A DNA stretch of 29,429 nucleotides from Thermoanaerobaculia bacterium (GCA_035544375.1 DATKFK010001020.1:1-29429), one strand, 5' to 3'; shown: positions 16,968 to 28,445, counted from the stretch's first letter. Notes: generated by a model not told the origin, from the sequence alone. Numbers and translations: made by a program.

Positions 16968-17825
16968 ATGGTTGGACGGCCGTCGAAAGCTTCGCTGCTT
17001 CTGCTGGCCGCCGCGGCCGCTGCCGCCGTCGGCGCCTCCCGGCCGGCCGCCGCCCAACCCCAGCGCCTTCTCTTCGACCTCCCCACCCCCGCCGCCGCCA
17101 CCCTGGCCCCCAGCATCTCGACCGCACCGGCCAACCCCGGCGCCTCGATCACCCCGAGCGCCCCGGCCGACCTTGCCGATGCCGAGATCCTCGACCCCAC
17201 CGAGGCCGCCGCCGAGCCGCTGCCCCCGGTCGCCGCGCCCTTGCAGGCGCCCCTCCCGCCGGTGGCGCGCCAGCAGCCGCTCGACTCCGGCGAGCTCGGC
17301 ATCGAGTATCAGCTCTCCGTGCATGACGCCGAATCCTTCCTCGACCGCCTCGCGGCGCGCTGGAAGCGGCTGGTCGAGCAGGCCATGACCTACCTCGGAA
17401 CGCCCTATCGCCGGGGCGGCACCTCGCGGCGCGGCCTGGACTGCTCCGGCCTGGTGGGAGCGGTCTATGGCGAGCAGGGTCTGGAGTTGCCGCGCACCGC
17501 GGCGGAGCAGTTCCGCGAGGGTGCGCCGGTCCTCGAAAGCGACCTGCGGCCTGGCGACCTGGTGTTCTTCCGCGACACCTCCAAGCGCGGCATCTCCCAC
17601 GTCGGCATCTACATCGGCGACGGGCGCTTCCTCCATGCCGCCGGCCGCCGCCACGGCGTGATCGTCAGCGAGCTCTCGCGCCCTTACTACCAGCTCCGCT
17701 TCGCCGGCGCGCGCCGGCCGGCGCCCGATCCCGCCGCCGCCGATCGCCAGGGCAGCCAGCAGGCCGCGAGCGGCGCCGCCCCGGTGGCGACGGCCGCGGC
17801 GACGCTCGCCGCCGCACCCCGCTAG
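16968..17825 (+). CDS. Secreted NlpC/P60 (peptidase C40) cell-wall hydrolase
   Basis: Signal peptide, Pro/Ala-rich linker, YLGTPYRRGG, GLDCSGLV (catalytic Cys), GDLVFF, HVGIY, FLHA. SD GGAGG precedes ATG 16968. Confidence 0.9.
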   Translation: MVGRPSKASLLLLAAAAAAAVGASRPAAAQPQRLLFDLPTPAAATLAPSISTAPANPGASITPSAPADLADAEILDPTEAAAEPLPPVAAPLQAPLPPVARQQPLDSGELGIEYQLSVHDAESFLDRLAARWKRLVEQAMTYLGTPYRRGGTSRRGLDCSGLVGAVYGEQGLELPRTAAEQFREGAPVLESDLRPGDLVFFRDTSKRGISHVGIYIGDGRFLHAAGRRHGVIVSELSRPYYQLRFAGARRPAPDPAAADRQGSQQAASGAAPVATAAATLAAAPR

Positions 17826-17873
17826 ACGCCCGCGCTCTATCAGCCCAGCCGTTGGCAGCCTGCGGCCGCGGGA

Positions 17874-19238
17874 CTACTTCTCCACCCCTCCCGTCTTCCA
17901 GATCTGGCCGCCTTTCATCACGAAGCTGACGCGCTCCGTCACCCTGATGTCGGCCAGGGGGTCGCCGGGGACCGCGACGAGGTCCGCCTGCTTGCCCGCC
18001 TCGAGGGTGCCGATCTGGCCCGGGAGGCCGAGCAGGTCGGCCGCGGCGTCCATCGCGCTGCGCAGGGCGGCCGCCGGCGCCATGCCATGATCGACCAGCA
18101 GCTTGAACTCCTTGGCATTGAGCCCGTGCGGGCTGACCGCCGAGTCCGTGCCGAAGGCGATCTTGACCCCCATCCTGAGAGCGTTGCGGAACATCGCCGA
18201 GCGCTGCGCCACGGCCGCCGCGGCCTTGGCGGCGATCTCGGGCGGATAGTGGCGGGGCACCACCCGGCCGCTCGCGTACTCGCCTGCCAGCAGCGTCGGC
18301 ACCAGCCAGGTGCCGCGCTCTTTCATCATGCGCAACCCCTCCTCGTCGAGGAACGATCCATGCTCGATCGAGTCGATGCCGGCGCGGATCGCCTCCTTCG
18401 CGCCGGTGACGCCGTGGGCGTGCGCCGCGGCCCGCTTGTGCAGGCGGTGGGCCTCGTCGACCAGCGCGTCCATCTCGGCCTGGGTGACCTGCGGCGTATC
18501 GACCTCGTCGGACAGCGACAGCACGCCGCCGGTGGCGCCGACCTTGATCACGTCGGCGCCGTACTTGACGGCGAACCGCACCGCGTCGCGGAACTGGTCG
18601 GGACCGCTGGCGATGCCGCGCTCGAAGCCGGGCTCTTCGCCGAGCTGCCGGTAGGCGAAGCCCGCGCCGTCGGCATGCCCGCCCCGCGCCCCCAGCATGT
18701 GCACCGAGACCAGCATCCGTGGCCCCGGGATGACGCCGTCGCGGATGGCGTTGCGCAACCCGACGTCGATGAAGTCGCTGCTGCCGAGGTCGCGCACGGT
18801 GGTGAAACCAGCCATCAGCGTGTGCCGGGCGTTGGCCGTGGCGCGGATCGCCGACTCCGCGACGTCGCGGCGCAGGCGGGTGATGGCGTCGCGGTTGTAG
18901 TCGTCGGAAGCCTCGAACGACAGGTGCACGTGGCAGTCGATCAGGCCCGGCATCAGGGTGACGTCGCCCAGGTCGATCGTCTGTGCGCCGGCCGGGACCG
19001 CCACCCCGGCGCCGGCCGCCTGGATCTTGCCGCCGGCCACCACCACCACGCCGTCGCGCACCCAGTGGTCCGAGCGGCCATCGAACAGCCGCGCCGCCTT
19101 GAGCGCCAGCACGGGAGGCGAAGCCTCGCCGGCGCTCCCCTTGCCCTGCCCCTCGGCGCGCGACAGCGGCGGCAGCGCGACGCCGCACGCGAACAGGACG
19201 ACCGCAAGACGCAGGGCATGGCTCCCTCGGTGGCTCAT
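17874..19238 (-). CDS. Secreted metal-dependent amidohydrolase (prolidase-like subgroup)
   Basis: Signal peptide, PGLIDCHVHL (HxH), IKVGATGG, AAHAHG, IEHG, FGTD. SD AAGGAGGAG precedes ATG 19238. Confidence 0.9.
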   Translation of the reverse strand: MSHRGSHALRLAVVLFACGVALPPLSRAEGQGKGSAGEASPPVLALKAARLFDGRSDHWVRDGVVVVAGGKIQAAGAGVAVPAGAQTIDLGDVTLMPGLIDCHVHLSFEASDDYNRDAITRLRRDVAESAIRATANARHTLMAGFTTVRDLGSSDFIDVGLRNAIRDGVIPGPRMLVSVHMLGARGGHADGAGFAYRQLGEEPGFERGIASGPDQFRDAVRFAVKYGADVIKVGATGGVLSLSDEVDTPQVTQAEMDALVDEAHRLHKRAAAHAHGVTGAKEAIRAGIDSIEHGSFLDEEGLRMMKERGTWLVPTLLAGEYASGRVVPRHYPPEIAAKAAAAVAQRSAMFRNALRMGVKIAFGTDSAVSPHGLNAKEFKLLVDHGMAPAAALRSAMDAAADLLGLPGQIGTLEAGKQADLVAVPGDPLADIRVTERVSFVMKGGQIWKTGGVEK

Positions 19239-19415
19239 CAGGCTCCTCCTTCGTGGCAAGGCAGGTCAGGCGCGATCCTATCCGCCTCCGCCCCGCCAAT
19301 CCAGGGGCCTGCCGGCGGGGTCGTGGGGACTGCCCCACCACCCTGGCGGGGGAGGCGAGCCGGCGCGCTGGCAGGCCGGCGAGCGGGCGGGGCGCCGGGC
19401 GGATAGACTCCCCCC

Positions 19416-19901
19416 ATGCGCGTCGGCGTCCTCGCGGATACCCATGGCATGCTGCGCCCGGCCGTTCTCGACCGGCTCGCGGGCTGCGACCTCCTGCTGC
19501 ACGCCGGCGATGTCGGAGATGTGGGCGACGTGGGCGAGGCCGCCACCGGCGAGGAGCCGATCCTCGTCCGCCTGGCTCGCCTGGCGCCGGTGCAAGCCGT
19601 GCGCGGCAACTGCGACGGCGGCGAGCTGGCGGCGGCCCTGCCGGCGGCGCTGGCCGGCGAGCTCGCCGGGCTGCCCTACCGCATGACCCATCGCCGCGAG
19701 GACGTCGCCCCGGCCTGGGTCCGCGACTCGCGGCTGATCGTCTTCGGCCACTCCCACCGGCCGGAGCTCGAATGGCACGGCGGGTGCCTGCTGCTCAACC
19801 CGGGGAGCTGCGGCGCCAGGCGGTTTCGCCTGCCGCTGACCGTGGCGGTGGTGAGAGTGGAGGGCGACCGCCTGATCCCCGAGATCCTGGCGGTGGAGTA
19901 A
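19416..19901 (+). CDS. Metallophosphoesterase, YfcE/MJ0936 family
   Basis: LADTHG, LHAGDV, VRGNCD, MTH, FGHSH, LLNPGS motifs. Confidence 0.9.
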   Translation: MRVGVLADTHGMLRPAVLDRLAGCDLLLHAGDVGDVGDVGEAATGEEPILVRLARLAPVQAVRGNCDGGELAAALPAALAGELAGLPYRMTHRREDVAPAWVRDSRLIVFGHSHRPELEWHGGCLLLNPGSCGARRFRLPLTVAVVRVEGDRLIPEILAVE

Positions 19902-19915
19902 AGGTCTCCGTCCTT

Positions 19916-22024
<2,109 letters not shown>

Positions 22025-22141
22025 CGGCAAGCTCCTGTTGGCGAAACCCGCGGGGCCTTCCGCGCCCGCGGCCGGTGACACCCACGTGACATTCTACTCC
22101 GGCGTCACGCCGGCGGCGCCGGCGCCCCCCGTTGACTCCGG

Positions 22142-24283
22142 CTACCGCGGCGTCGCTGGCGGAGCGCCCGGAGCGCCCGGGCCGCTCGGGCCGGCGGCCG
22201 GCCCGCCGACCGCGACCCGCCGCCGCTGGCTGGCGCTGCCGGTGGCCTGGTCGAACCAGGCGACGCCGTCCTGCACCAGCGTGATCTCGAGGTCGTAGGG
22301 GCCGGGCCGGGCCGGCGTCAGCACGCGCACGACCATCGGCATCGCCTCGCCGACAGCGACATCTCCCGGCAGCAGCGACCGCTCGCCGTACTCGACGGCG
22401 GCGCGGCCGCTCGGGTCGAACCAGCGGTAGGCGGCGGTGACCCGCAGGCTGCCGGCGGCGAGCGGCATGCCGGCCGCCGACCACGCCGCATCGCTGCGGT
22501 TGGTGAAGCGGACCGGGATGCGCAGCCACTCCCCCACCCCGGCCCGCGCCGGCACCGGCCCCAGCGCCACCTCCGCCCGGGCGGCGCGGAGCGGCACCGG
22601 GGCGGCCTCGCCCGCGGGCAGGAGCCGTTCGCCGCCGCGCCCGTAGAGGATGAGATAAGGGCCGATGCGCTTCTCCTGGCAGGTGGCTCCGGCGCTTTCC
22701 AGGCGGTTGCGAAAATCGGCCAGCCGCCGCCGCGCCTGCTCGCTCTCGATCGCCCTCATTCTGTCGAAGTCGACCTCGAAGATGTACGCCACACGGCTCA
22801 GCCGCCCGACGGACCGGGTATAGGGCGGGTAGCGGTCCCAATCGTCCAGCGGCGCCACGATGAGGCGCTCGCCGGCCAGCATCGTCGCCTTGTAGGCGAC
22901 CCAGTACCAGCCATAGGCGCCCCGGATGCCCTGGCCCTCGAGATAGGCGGCAACCTCGGCCAGCGGCACCCGCAGCCGTACCAGCCGCAGGTGCTCGTCG
23001 AGGAGACCGCCGCCGCGATACCAGGCGGCGATCTGGCACGCCGGCAGCGCCACCAGCAGCAGCGCCAGGGCCGCCGCCGCGGGCCGCGAGCGCCTGGCCA
23101 CCCCGACCAGCGCGGCGCCGGCGAAGACGGACAGGCTGGTGAGCCACGGCAGCAGGTAGTGGAACGACAGGACCGATCGCGCATTGGGGCTGGCGATGAA
23201 GAGCAGGGCCGTGACCGGCACGAGCAGCACCAGCAGCCCCTCGGCACCGGCGAGGGATCGGCGGCGCAGCGCCGACCGGACGCCCCACAGCCAGGCGGCG
23301 GCGTAGGCGGCGAGCAGCAGCGCCCCGGCGACCTCGGCGCCCGGCCACGAGGGGCCGACCTCCCAGGCCAGCACCCGCCGGTGCCCGCCGGCGTGGACGC
23401 CGAACAACGCCGGCACGCACTCGCCGGCCAGGAGGCGCAGGTTGGCGGCCATGACCTCGAGGCTTGCCAGCCGGTAGAGGGGGACCTTGGAGCCGTGCGC
23501 GCCGTGCAGCAGCGGCACGGCGATCGGGATCGCCCCCACGGCCAGTCCCGCGCCAACGAACGCCAGGGTGCGCAGCGGCCGGCGATTCGTCACGGCGGTC
23601 GCGGCAGCCGGGGCGGCCGCGGCAGTCACGGCGGCCCCGACAGTCGGGGCGGTCGCGGCAGTCGCGGCGTTGGCGGCGGCGGTCGCGCCGCGCCAGGCCC
23701 AGAGCGCGCCCAGCGCCCAGGCGGCGAGGGCGGCCACGTAGACGACGTAAAGCTCATGGATGTAGAGGCCGAACCCGATCATGAAACCCAGGGCGGCCGC
23801 ACGCCATGGGGACGGATCGCGCCGCCAGGTGTGCAGCCGGCACACGGTCAGCGTGCCCCAGGCGACCACCAGCACGATGCCGCCCACGGCGAGGGTGCTC
23901 CAGCTCACCAGCTGGGGAGAGAACGCGGCCAGCAGCAGGGCGGCGGCGATGCCTTCGTTCGCGCCGTAGAGCAGCCAGCCGAGACGGCAGGCGGCGAGCT
24001 GGAGCGCCACCAGGCCGGCAACCGCCGCCAGCTTGAAGGCGAGCGGCGTGAACCCCAGGACCGCCGCGAAGGGGAGCGCCAGGAGCCCCTCCACGATCCC
24101 GTAATAGGTGACGTCCCACGGATGGAGGGCGAGCTCCCGCCCGGCCACGAGGTGGCGGATGAACAGCGCGTTGACGGCTTCGTCGGAGTTCAGCAGCGCG
24201 GCGGCGTTGTACAGCGCCGGAATACGCAAAACCACGCCAGCCACGACGGCCCCGAGCAGGGCCAGCAGCTGGCGTGGCTTCAC
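22142..24283 (-). CDS. GT-C-type (ArnT/PMT-like) membrane glycosyltransferase with a C-terminal Ig-like domain
   Basis: NSDE motif after TM1, many TM helices, YGWYWVAY, and a C-terminal beta domain (VRFTNRSDAAW...YRW...PGPYDLEITLVQDGVAWF). Confidence 0.75.
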   Translation of the reverse strand: MKPRQLLALLGAVVAGVVLRIPALYNAAALLNSDEAVNALFIRHLVAGRELALHPWDVTYYGIVEGLLALPFAAVLGFTPLAFKLAAVAGLVALQLAACRLGWLLYGANEGIAAALLLAAFSPQLVSWSTLAVGGIVLVVAWGTLTVCRLHTWRRDPSPWRAAALGFMIGFGLYIHELYVVYVAALAAWALGALWAWRGATAAANAATAATAPTVGAAVTAAAAPAAATAVTNRRPLRTLAFVGAGLAVGAIPIAVPLLHGAHGSKVPLYRLASLEVMAANLRLLAGECVPALFGVHAGGHRRVLAWEVGPSWPGAEVAGALLLAAYAAAWLWGVRSALRRRSLAGAEGLLVLLVPVTALLFIASPNARSVLSFHYLLPWLTSLSVFAGAALVGVARRSRPAAAALALLLVALPACQIAAWYRGGGLLDEHLRLVRLRVPLAEVAAYLEGQGIRGAYGWYWVAYKATMLAGERLIVAPLDDWDRYPPYTRSVGRLSRVAYIFEVDFDRMRAIESEQARRRLADFRNRLESAGATCQEKRIGPYLILYGRGGERLLPAGEAAPVPLRAARAEVALGPVPARAGVGEWLRIPVRFTNRSDAAWSAAGMPLAAGSLRVTAAYRWFDPSGRAAVEYGERSLLPGDVAVGEAMPMVVRVLTPARPGPYDLEITLVQDGVAWFDQATGSASQRRRVAVGGPAAGPSGPGAPGAPPATPR
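23589..23678. repeat. In-frame 18-bp tandem repeat (4-5 units) encoding an Ala/Thr-rich loop
   Basis: gtcacggcggtcgcggca / gccggggcggccgcggca / gtcacggcggccccgaca / gtcggggcggtcgcggca / gtcgcggcgttggcggcg. Confidence 0.7.
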
Positions 24284-24296
24284 CGGCCCCTGGCTA

Positions 24297-24773
24297 CTAC
24301 TGGAAGTAGCCGGTCACGTCGACGATCGCGTGGACGGTCCCCGGACCCTGCATGCCGATGACGATCTGCAGGTCCTTGTCCGTGGACAGGGAAACCGGCG
24401 CCAGCGGCACGATCGCCCCGTTGGCGAGCGCCACTTCCCCGGCGTCGTAGTTGATCGTCGAGGGATCGGTCGCATGCGGGGTGACGTTCGCGGGATAGAG
24501 CCGCATGTCGCCCTGCCGTGACGGCGAGACGATCGTCAGGTTGAGAGTCACCGCCTGGGCGCCGTTGGGAATGCCGCAATAGCCCTGGATCCTGAAGAAG
24601 ACGGAAGGGCCGCCGTTCAAAGGGCTGCCGTTGGTCTGTGGTCCCGTGGTCCGGGTGTCGAAGACCCGGCACGGAGTCACGGCAAAGTACTGAAAGGGCC
24701 CGCCGGCCCACGCGGGAACCGAAGCGCACACGGCGAGCAACAAAGCGATCCACGCAGCTTTTCTAGCCCTCAT
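24297..24773 (-). CDS. Small secreted protein (158 aa) consisting of a signal peptide and one PCR-DTR domain
   Basis: Signal peptide (..VPAWA|GG), then TPCRVFDTR...GYCGIP...DVTGYFQ. SD AAAAGGAG; tandem TAG TAG stop. Confidence 0.85.
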   Translation of the reverse strand: MRARKAAWIALLLAVCASVPAWAGGPFQYFAVTPCRVFDTRTTGPQTNGSPLNGGPSVFFRIQGYCGIPNGAQAVTLNLTIVSPSRQGDMRLYPANVTPHATDPSTINYDAGEVALANGAIVPLAPVSLSTDKDLQIVIGMQGPGTVHAIVDVTGYFQ

Positions 24774-24798
24774 AGCGGGACTCCTTTTGGGTAGGCGT

Positions 24799-24828
24799 AC
24801 TCTATACGAGACTGGATGCTGGGGTCAA
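24799..24828 (-). promoter_or_regulatory. Candidate sigma-70-type promoter for the standalone PCR-DTR gene
   Basis: Minus strand TTGACC-N18-TAGAGT, ending ~25 bp before the ATG. Confidence 0.4.
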
Positions 24829-24927
24829 ATCCGTGGCTCGCCGTCGCGCCGTTGACAGCGATCCATCCTTGCCTGGTGGCGACATGCCAATTGTGTACCA
24901 GCTTGGGAGCCAGGGCAATGACGGAAC

Positions 24928-27612
24928 TCACTTCGGCGCTGTGACCCCAGCCACATCATCCGGGAGCTGCCTTGCCGGGATCATCGTCAACGGTGTGTGC
25001 CGGTTCTCGGCCGTGATGCTGATCGCGCCGCTTGCCGCCCGGTTGAACCACAGGAGATTGTCGACCGAGACCTGCGCCACGGGGTCGACCTGCCAGATGA
25101 CGGCGGAGAGACCGAAGTCGCCCCTCTCCAGGTCGAGCCTGGCGACGTCCAGCGGGGCCGGCCGGCCGTCGATCTCGGCATGGGACCTGCCGTCGGCGAG
25201 ATCGATCTCCAGGTTCCCCTCCTGCGCGCGCTTGCCGGGAGGGAAGCGGAGCGTCCAGACGCCCAGGGGGTGGTTGTTGGTGACGTTGGCGACGTGCACC
25301 CCAAGATGGAAGCGGCGATGGCCTTCCTCCCGCGGCAGCCACAGGTAGGCCCGGTAACGGATTCGCGGCGGCACCACCTCCTGCTCGACATAGGCGGCTC
25401 CCGTCGCGAGCGGCTCGACCTCCAGGCAGGAGCGGGTCGCGGCGGGCTGCGAGCCCATGACCTCGAGGCCCGCCACCAGGACGTCCTCGGGGCCCACGTT
25501 GCGGAGCCCTATGTCCTGGGGCTGCCGGCGGCACCCCAGGTCGAAGTCGAGCGCCCAGCCGCCGGCGCCGGCGAGGGTCACCGGCGTCCCACCGTCGAGC
25601 TCGAGCCGCGCCGGTCTGTCGCCGGCGCCGAAGGCGAAGATCCGCAAGCGGCGCGGCGCGCCGGCGCCCAGCTCGGCCTCGTTCGGCCTTCCCGCGAGGC
25701 TCCCCGCGAGCGATCGCCGCTCCGGTGCCAGCTCGACCTCCAGGCGCTCGCCCCGCCGCAGCAACGGCGCCTCCCACCGCATCGCGGCCAGGGTGGCGTC
25801 GCGCCGCTGCCTCAGCGCGAATCGCGGCGTCTCCCAGATGGCGGTGTATTGCGCGGGGTCGTACCAGGGCGCGGTCGACGTGCCCTGCCGCTGGCGATCC
25901 AGCTGCCGCTCGACGAAAGCCCACCGAAAGAAGGGCGTGGGCCTGGGCAGCAGCTCCCGCGGCGACGCGGTCCGCAGGCGGTCGTTCCACAGGTACCCGA
26001 TCCAGGTCCGCAGCAGCGGCGGCGACAGCTCGACGTCCAGCAGGACCCACGACCCGGCGGGCACCGCCGCGGACGCCCGCGCCACCGCGATCAGCTCCCG
26101 CGTCAGGATCGTGTGACGGACCGCGTAGCTCGCGCTCCATAAGCTATTCATCAAATTTAGGACGACGACTGCGAGCCCCGTGAGCACGCTCGCCGCGCGC
26201 AGCGCCGGGCGCCGCCGCCCCGCCGCGGCGAGACCCGCGGCCACCAGCACCATGGCTTCCATGGGCAATACCGAGACCGCCTTGAAGTAACCGTAGGGAT
26301 AGCCGTCCGGCGGGTTGGCCCAGAAGCGCTGATGGGCAGCCAGTGCCGCGCCCGCCAGCAGCAGCGCCGCCGCGGCGACCCTTGGGCGGGGAGCGAGCCG
26401 CCGCCATCCGTAGGCGGCGAAGGCCGCCACCACCAGCGCCAGCAGGCTCGTCGTCCCCCGGGGCAGCGGCCACGGGTGCACCCGCGTCGCCTCCGCCTCG
26501 TGACTGACCAGGCCGGCGATCTCGTAAAGAGAAGGAAACACCAGGATGTCGCCGGACCCCAGGAACTGCGCTCCCTGCGGCTTCAGCAGCTGGGACACCA
26601 TGGCCAGCTCGCGGGACGAGCGGTAGAGGGCGACACCGTTGAGCAGCACCGCGCACGCGGCCGCCGTCAGCCACCAGGCGGCATGCCGCGGCAGGTCTCG
26701 CCCCCGGTGCGCCGGCAGCCAGGCGACGAACCAGTAGAGGCCGACGGTCGCCAGGGCATAGACGGCATAGACCGGGTAGACCGACGCCAGGGTGGCGAGC
26801 AGCGCCCCGAAGACCGCGGCGCTGCGCCAGCCAGGCTGCCGGAAGCCCTCGACCGCGAAGACGAACAGCGCCGGGAACAGGCTCAGACCCATCATCTGCG
26901 AGAGGAAGTTGTCGAACACCGCCCACAGCACCAGGTTGTTGATCCCGACGAGACCGGCCCCCAGCAGCGCGACGCGCGGCGATAGCCGCAGCGCCAGGCG
27001 GGCCCACACGAAGACCGCGCCCGGCGCCAGGCCGAAGAAGAGGGCCAGCGACAGGGTCAGCAGCTCGAAGCTGCGATGCCCGGTGAGCAGGCCGAGCAGG
27101 CCGAGCAGGTAGACGTCGCCTGCCCGCAGCTTCATGTGCGACCGCACCAGGCCCAGCATCGGCGCGCCGGCCACGGCGTCCGGGGCCCGCAGCGGCGCAT
27201 GCTGCAGGTACTCGGAGCGCGCCGCGTAGGAGACCGCGTCGGAGGTCAGGCCCACCGAGGTCAGGTAACCGAGCGCCAGCAAGGGCAGGGCCGCCAGCAG
27301 GAAGGCCAGCGCGCAGACGGCGAGCGCCAGCATCAGCTCGCGCCGCGGCCGCAGCCGCCGGCGAAGCAGGGCGCCGGCCCAGCCGGCCGCCGCCAGCCCG
27401 ACCGGCAGCCAGGCGATGCGGGCCAGCGGCAGCCCGGCGGCGCCGAGCGCATGGCAGATCCCGGACACCAGCGCCAGCCCCAGCAAGGGCGCGAGGAGCG
27501 TCAGGTAGGGCCGCGCCCGCCACGGCAGCAGCGGCCGCCAGAGCAGCCCGCAGCCGCCCAGCACCGCGCTCGCCACCGTGACGACGACGACGATGTCGAG
27601 GACGAAGCTCAT
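24928..27612 (-). CDS. Large multi-pass membrane protein, probable GT-C-type glycosyltransferase, with a large C-terminal soluble beta-rich domain (894 aa)
   Basis: About 14 TM segments. SDAVSY loop motif, DNFLSQ, YGYFK. Lies 11 bp downstream of a DPM1-like GT2. Start at MSFVLD (ATG 27612), the real 3' part of ORF 24928..28326. Confidence 0.7.
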   Translation of the reverse strand: MSFVLDIVVVVTVASAVLGGCGLLWRPLLPWRARPYLTLLAPLLGLALVSGICHALGAAGLPLARIAWLPVGLAAAGWAGALLRRRLRPRRELMLALAVCALAFLLAALPLLALGYLTSVGLTSDAVSYAARSEYLQHAPLRAPDAVAGAPMLGLVRSHMKLRAGDVYLLGLLGLLTGHRSFELLTLSLALFFGLAPGAVFVWARLALRLSPRVALLGAGLVGINNLVLWAVFDNFLSQMMGLSLFPALFVFAVEGFRQPGWRSAAVFGALLATLASVYPVYAVYALATVGLYWFVAWLPAHRGRDLPRHAAWWLTAAACAVLLNGVALYRSSRELAMVSQLLKPQGAQFLGSGDILVFPSLYEIAGLVSHEAEATRVHPWPLPRGTTSLLALVVAAFAAYGWRRLAPRPRVAAAALLLAGAALAAHQRFWANPPDGYPYGYFKAVSVLPMEAMVLVAAGLAAAGRRRPALRAASVLTGLAVVVLNLMNSLWSASYAVRHTILTRELIAVARASAAVPAGSWVLLDVELSPPLLRTWIGYLWNDRLRTASPRELLPRPTPFFRWAFVERQLDRQRQGTSTAPWYDPAQYTAIWETPRFALRQRRDATLAAMRWEAPLLRRGERLEVELAPERRSLAGSLAGRPNEAELGAGAPRRLRIFAFGAGDRPARLELDGGTPVTLAGAGGWALDFDLGCRRQPQDIGLRNVGPEDVLVAGLEVMGSQPAATRSCLEVEPLATGAAYVEQEVVPPRIRYRAYLWLPREEGHRRFHLGVHVANVTNNHPLGVWTLRFPPGKRAQEGNLEIDLADGRSHAEIDGRPAPLDVARLDLERGDFGLSAVIWQVDPVAQVSVDNLLWFNRAASGAISITAENRHTPLTMIPARQLPDDVAGVTAPK

Positions 27613-27623
27613 GTCCGCGCCGC

Positions 27624-28391
27624 TCACGCGCCGGGCCGGCGCAGCCTCTGGACGAGCAGCGCGAAGGTCACCTTGAGGACGTACTGGAACGCCTCGAGCC
27701 GGCCGATCGACGAGCGCCCTCCCTGCCGGACGCGGAAGGCAGCCGGCACCTCCGCGATCCGGAAGCCGCCGCGGGCGAGCATCAGGATCGATTCCGGCTC
27801 CGGATAGTCCTCGGGGTACGCGCTCGCCAGGAACCGCACCGCCCGCTGGTTGAAGGCGCGGAACCCCGAGGTCGGATCGGTCACCGCCTGGCCCGAGAGC
27901 GCCCTGACCAGGAAGGAGAGCCAGGCGATCCCGGCGCGGCGGGCGAGCGCCGGCCGCGCGCCGGCAGGGCCGCCCGCGCCGGCCGCGCCGCCCGCGCCAG
28001 CGCCTCCGGCGACTCCGGCGCCAGGTGCCGGCGGCAGCAGGAAGCGCGAGCCGATGACGAGGTCGGCCGTGCCGGCGCGCAACTCGTCGAGCAGCCGCGC
28101 CGCGTCGGCCGGATCGTGCTGGCCGTCGCCGTCCAGCCGCACCGCGTAGAGGAAGCCGCGGTCCAGGGCATGGAGGAAGCCGGTCTGCTCGGCGGCGGCG
28201 ACGCCCGAGTTGTAGGGCAGGTCCACCACCCGCGCGCCGGCCGCCCGCCCGACCTCGCCGGTGCGGTCCTCCGAGCCGTCGTTGACCACCAGCACCTCGA
28301 GCTCGGGGCAGGAAGCCGCCAGGCACCGCAGCACGCCAGGCAAGCTCGCCTCTTCGTTGTAGGCGAGGATGATGGCGAGCGTGTCCCGCAC
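27624..28391 (-). CDS. DPM1-like GT2 (polyprenol-phosphate glycosyltransferase)
   Basis: AYNEE, VNDGSED, NSGV, RLDGDGQHDP (DxD), IGSRF, DPTSGFRA, YPE. Confidence 0.9.
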   Translation of the reverse strand: MRDTLAIILAYNEEASLPGVLRCLAASCPELEVLVVNDGSEDRTGEVGRAAGARVVDLPYNSGVAAAEQTGFLHALDRGFLYAVRLDGDGQHDPADAARLLDELRAGTADLVIGSRFLLPPAPGAGVAGGAGAGGAAGAGGPAGARPALARRAGIAWLSFLVRALSGQAVTDPTSGFRAFNQRAVRFLASAYPEDYPEPESILMLARGGFRIAEVPAAFRVRQGGRSSIGRLEAFQYVLKVTFALLVQRLRRPGA

Positions 28392-28445
28392 GGCGCTACG
28401 GCGGTGGTCGGGGCTCGGCGTCCCGCTGGCCCGCCCCCGCCGACC

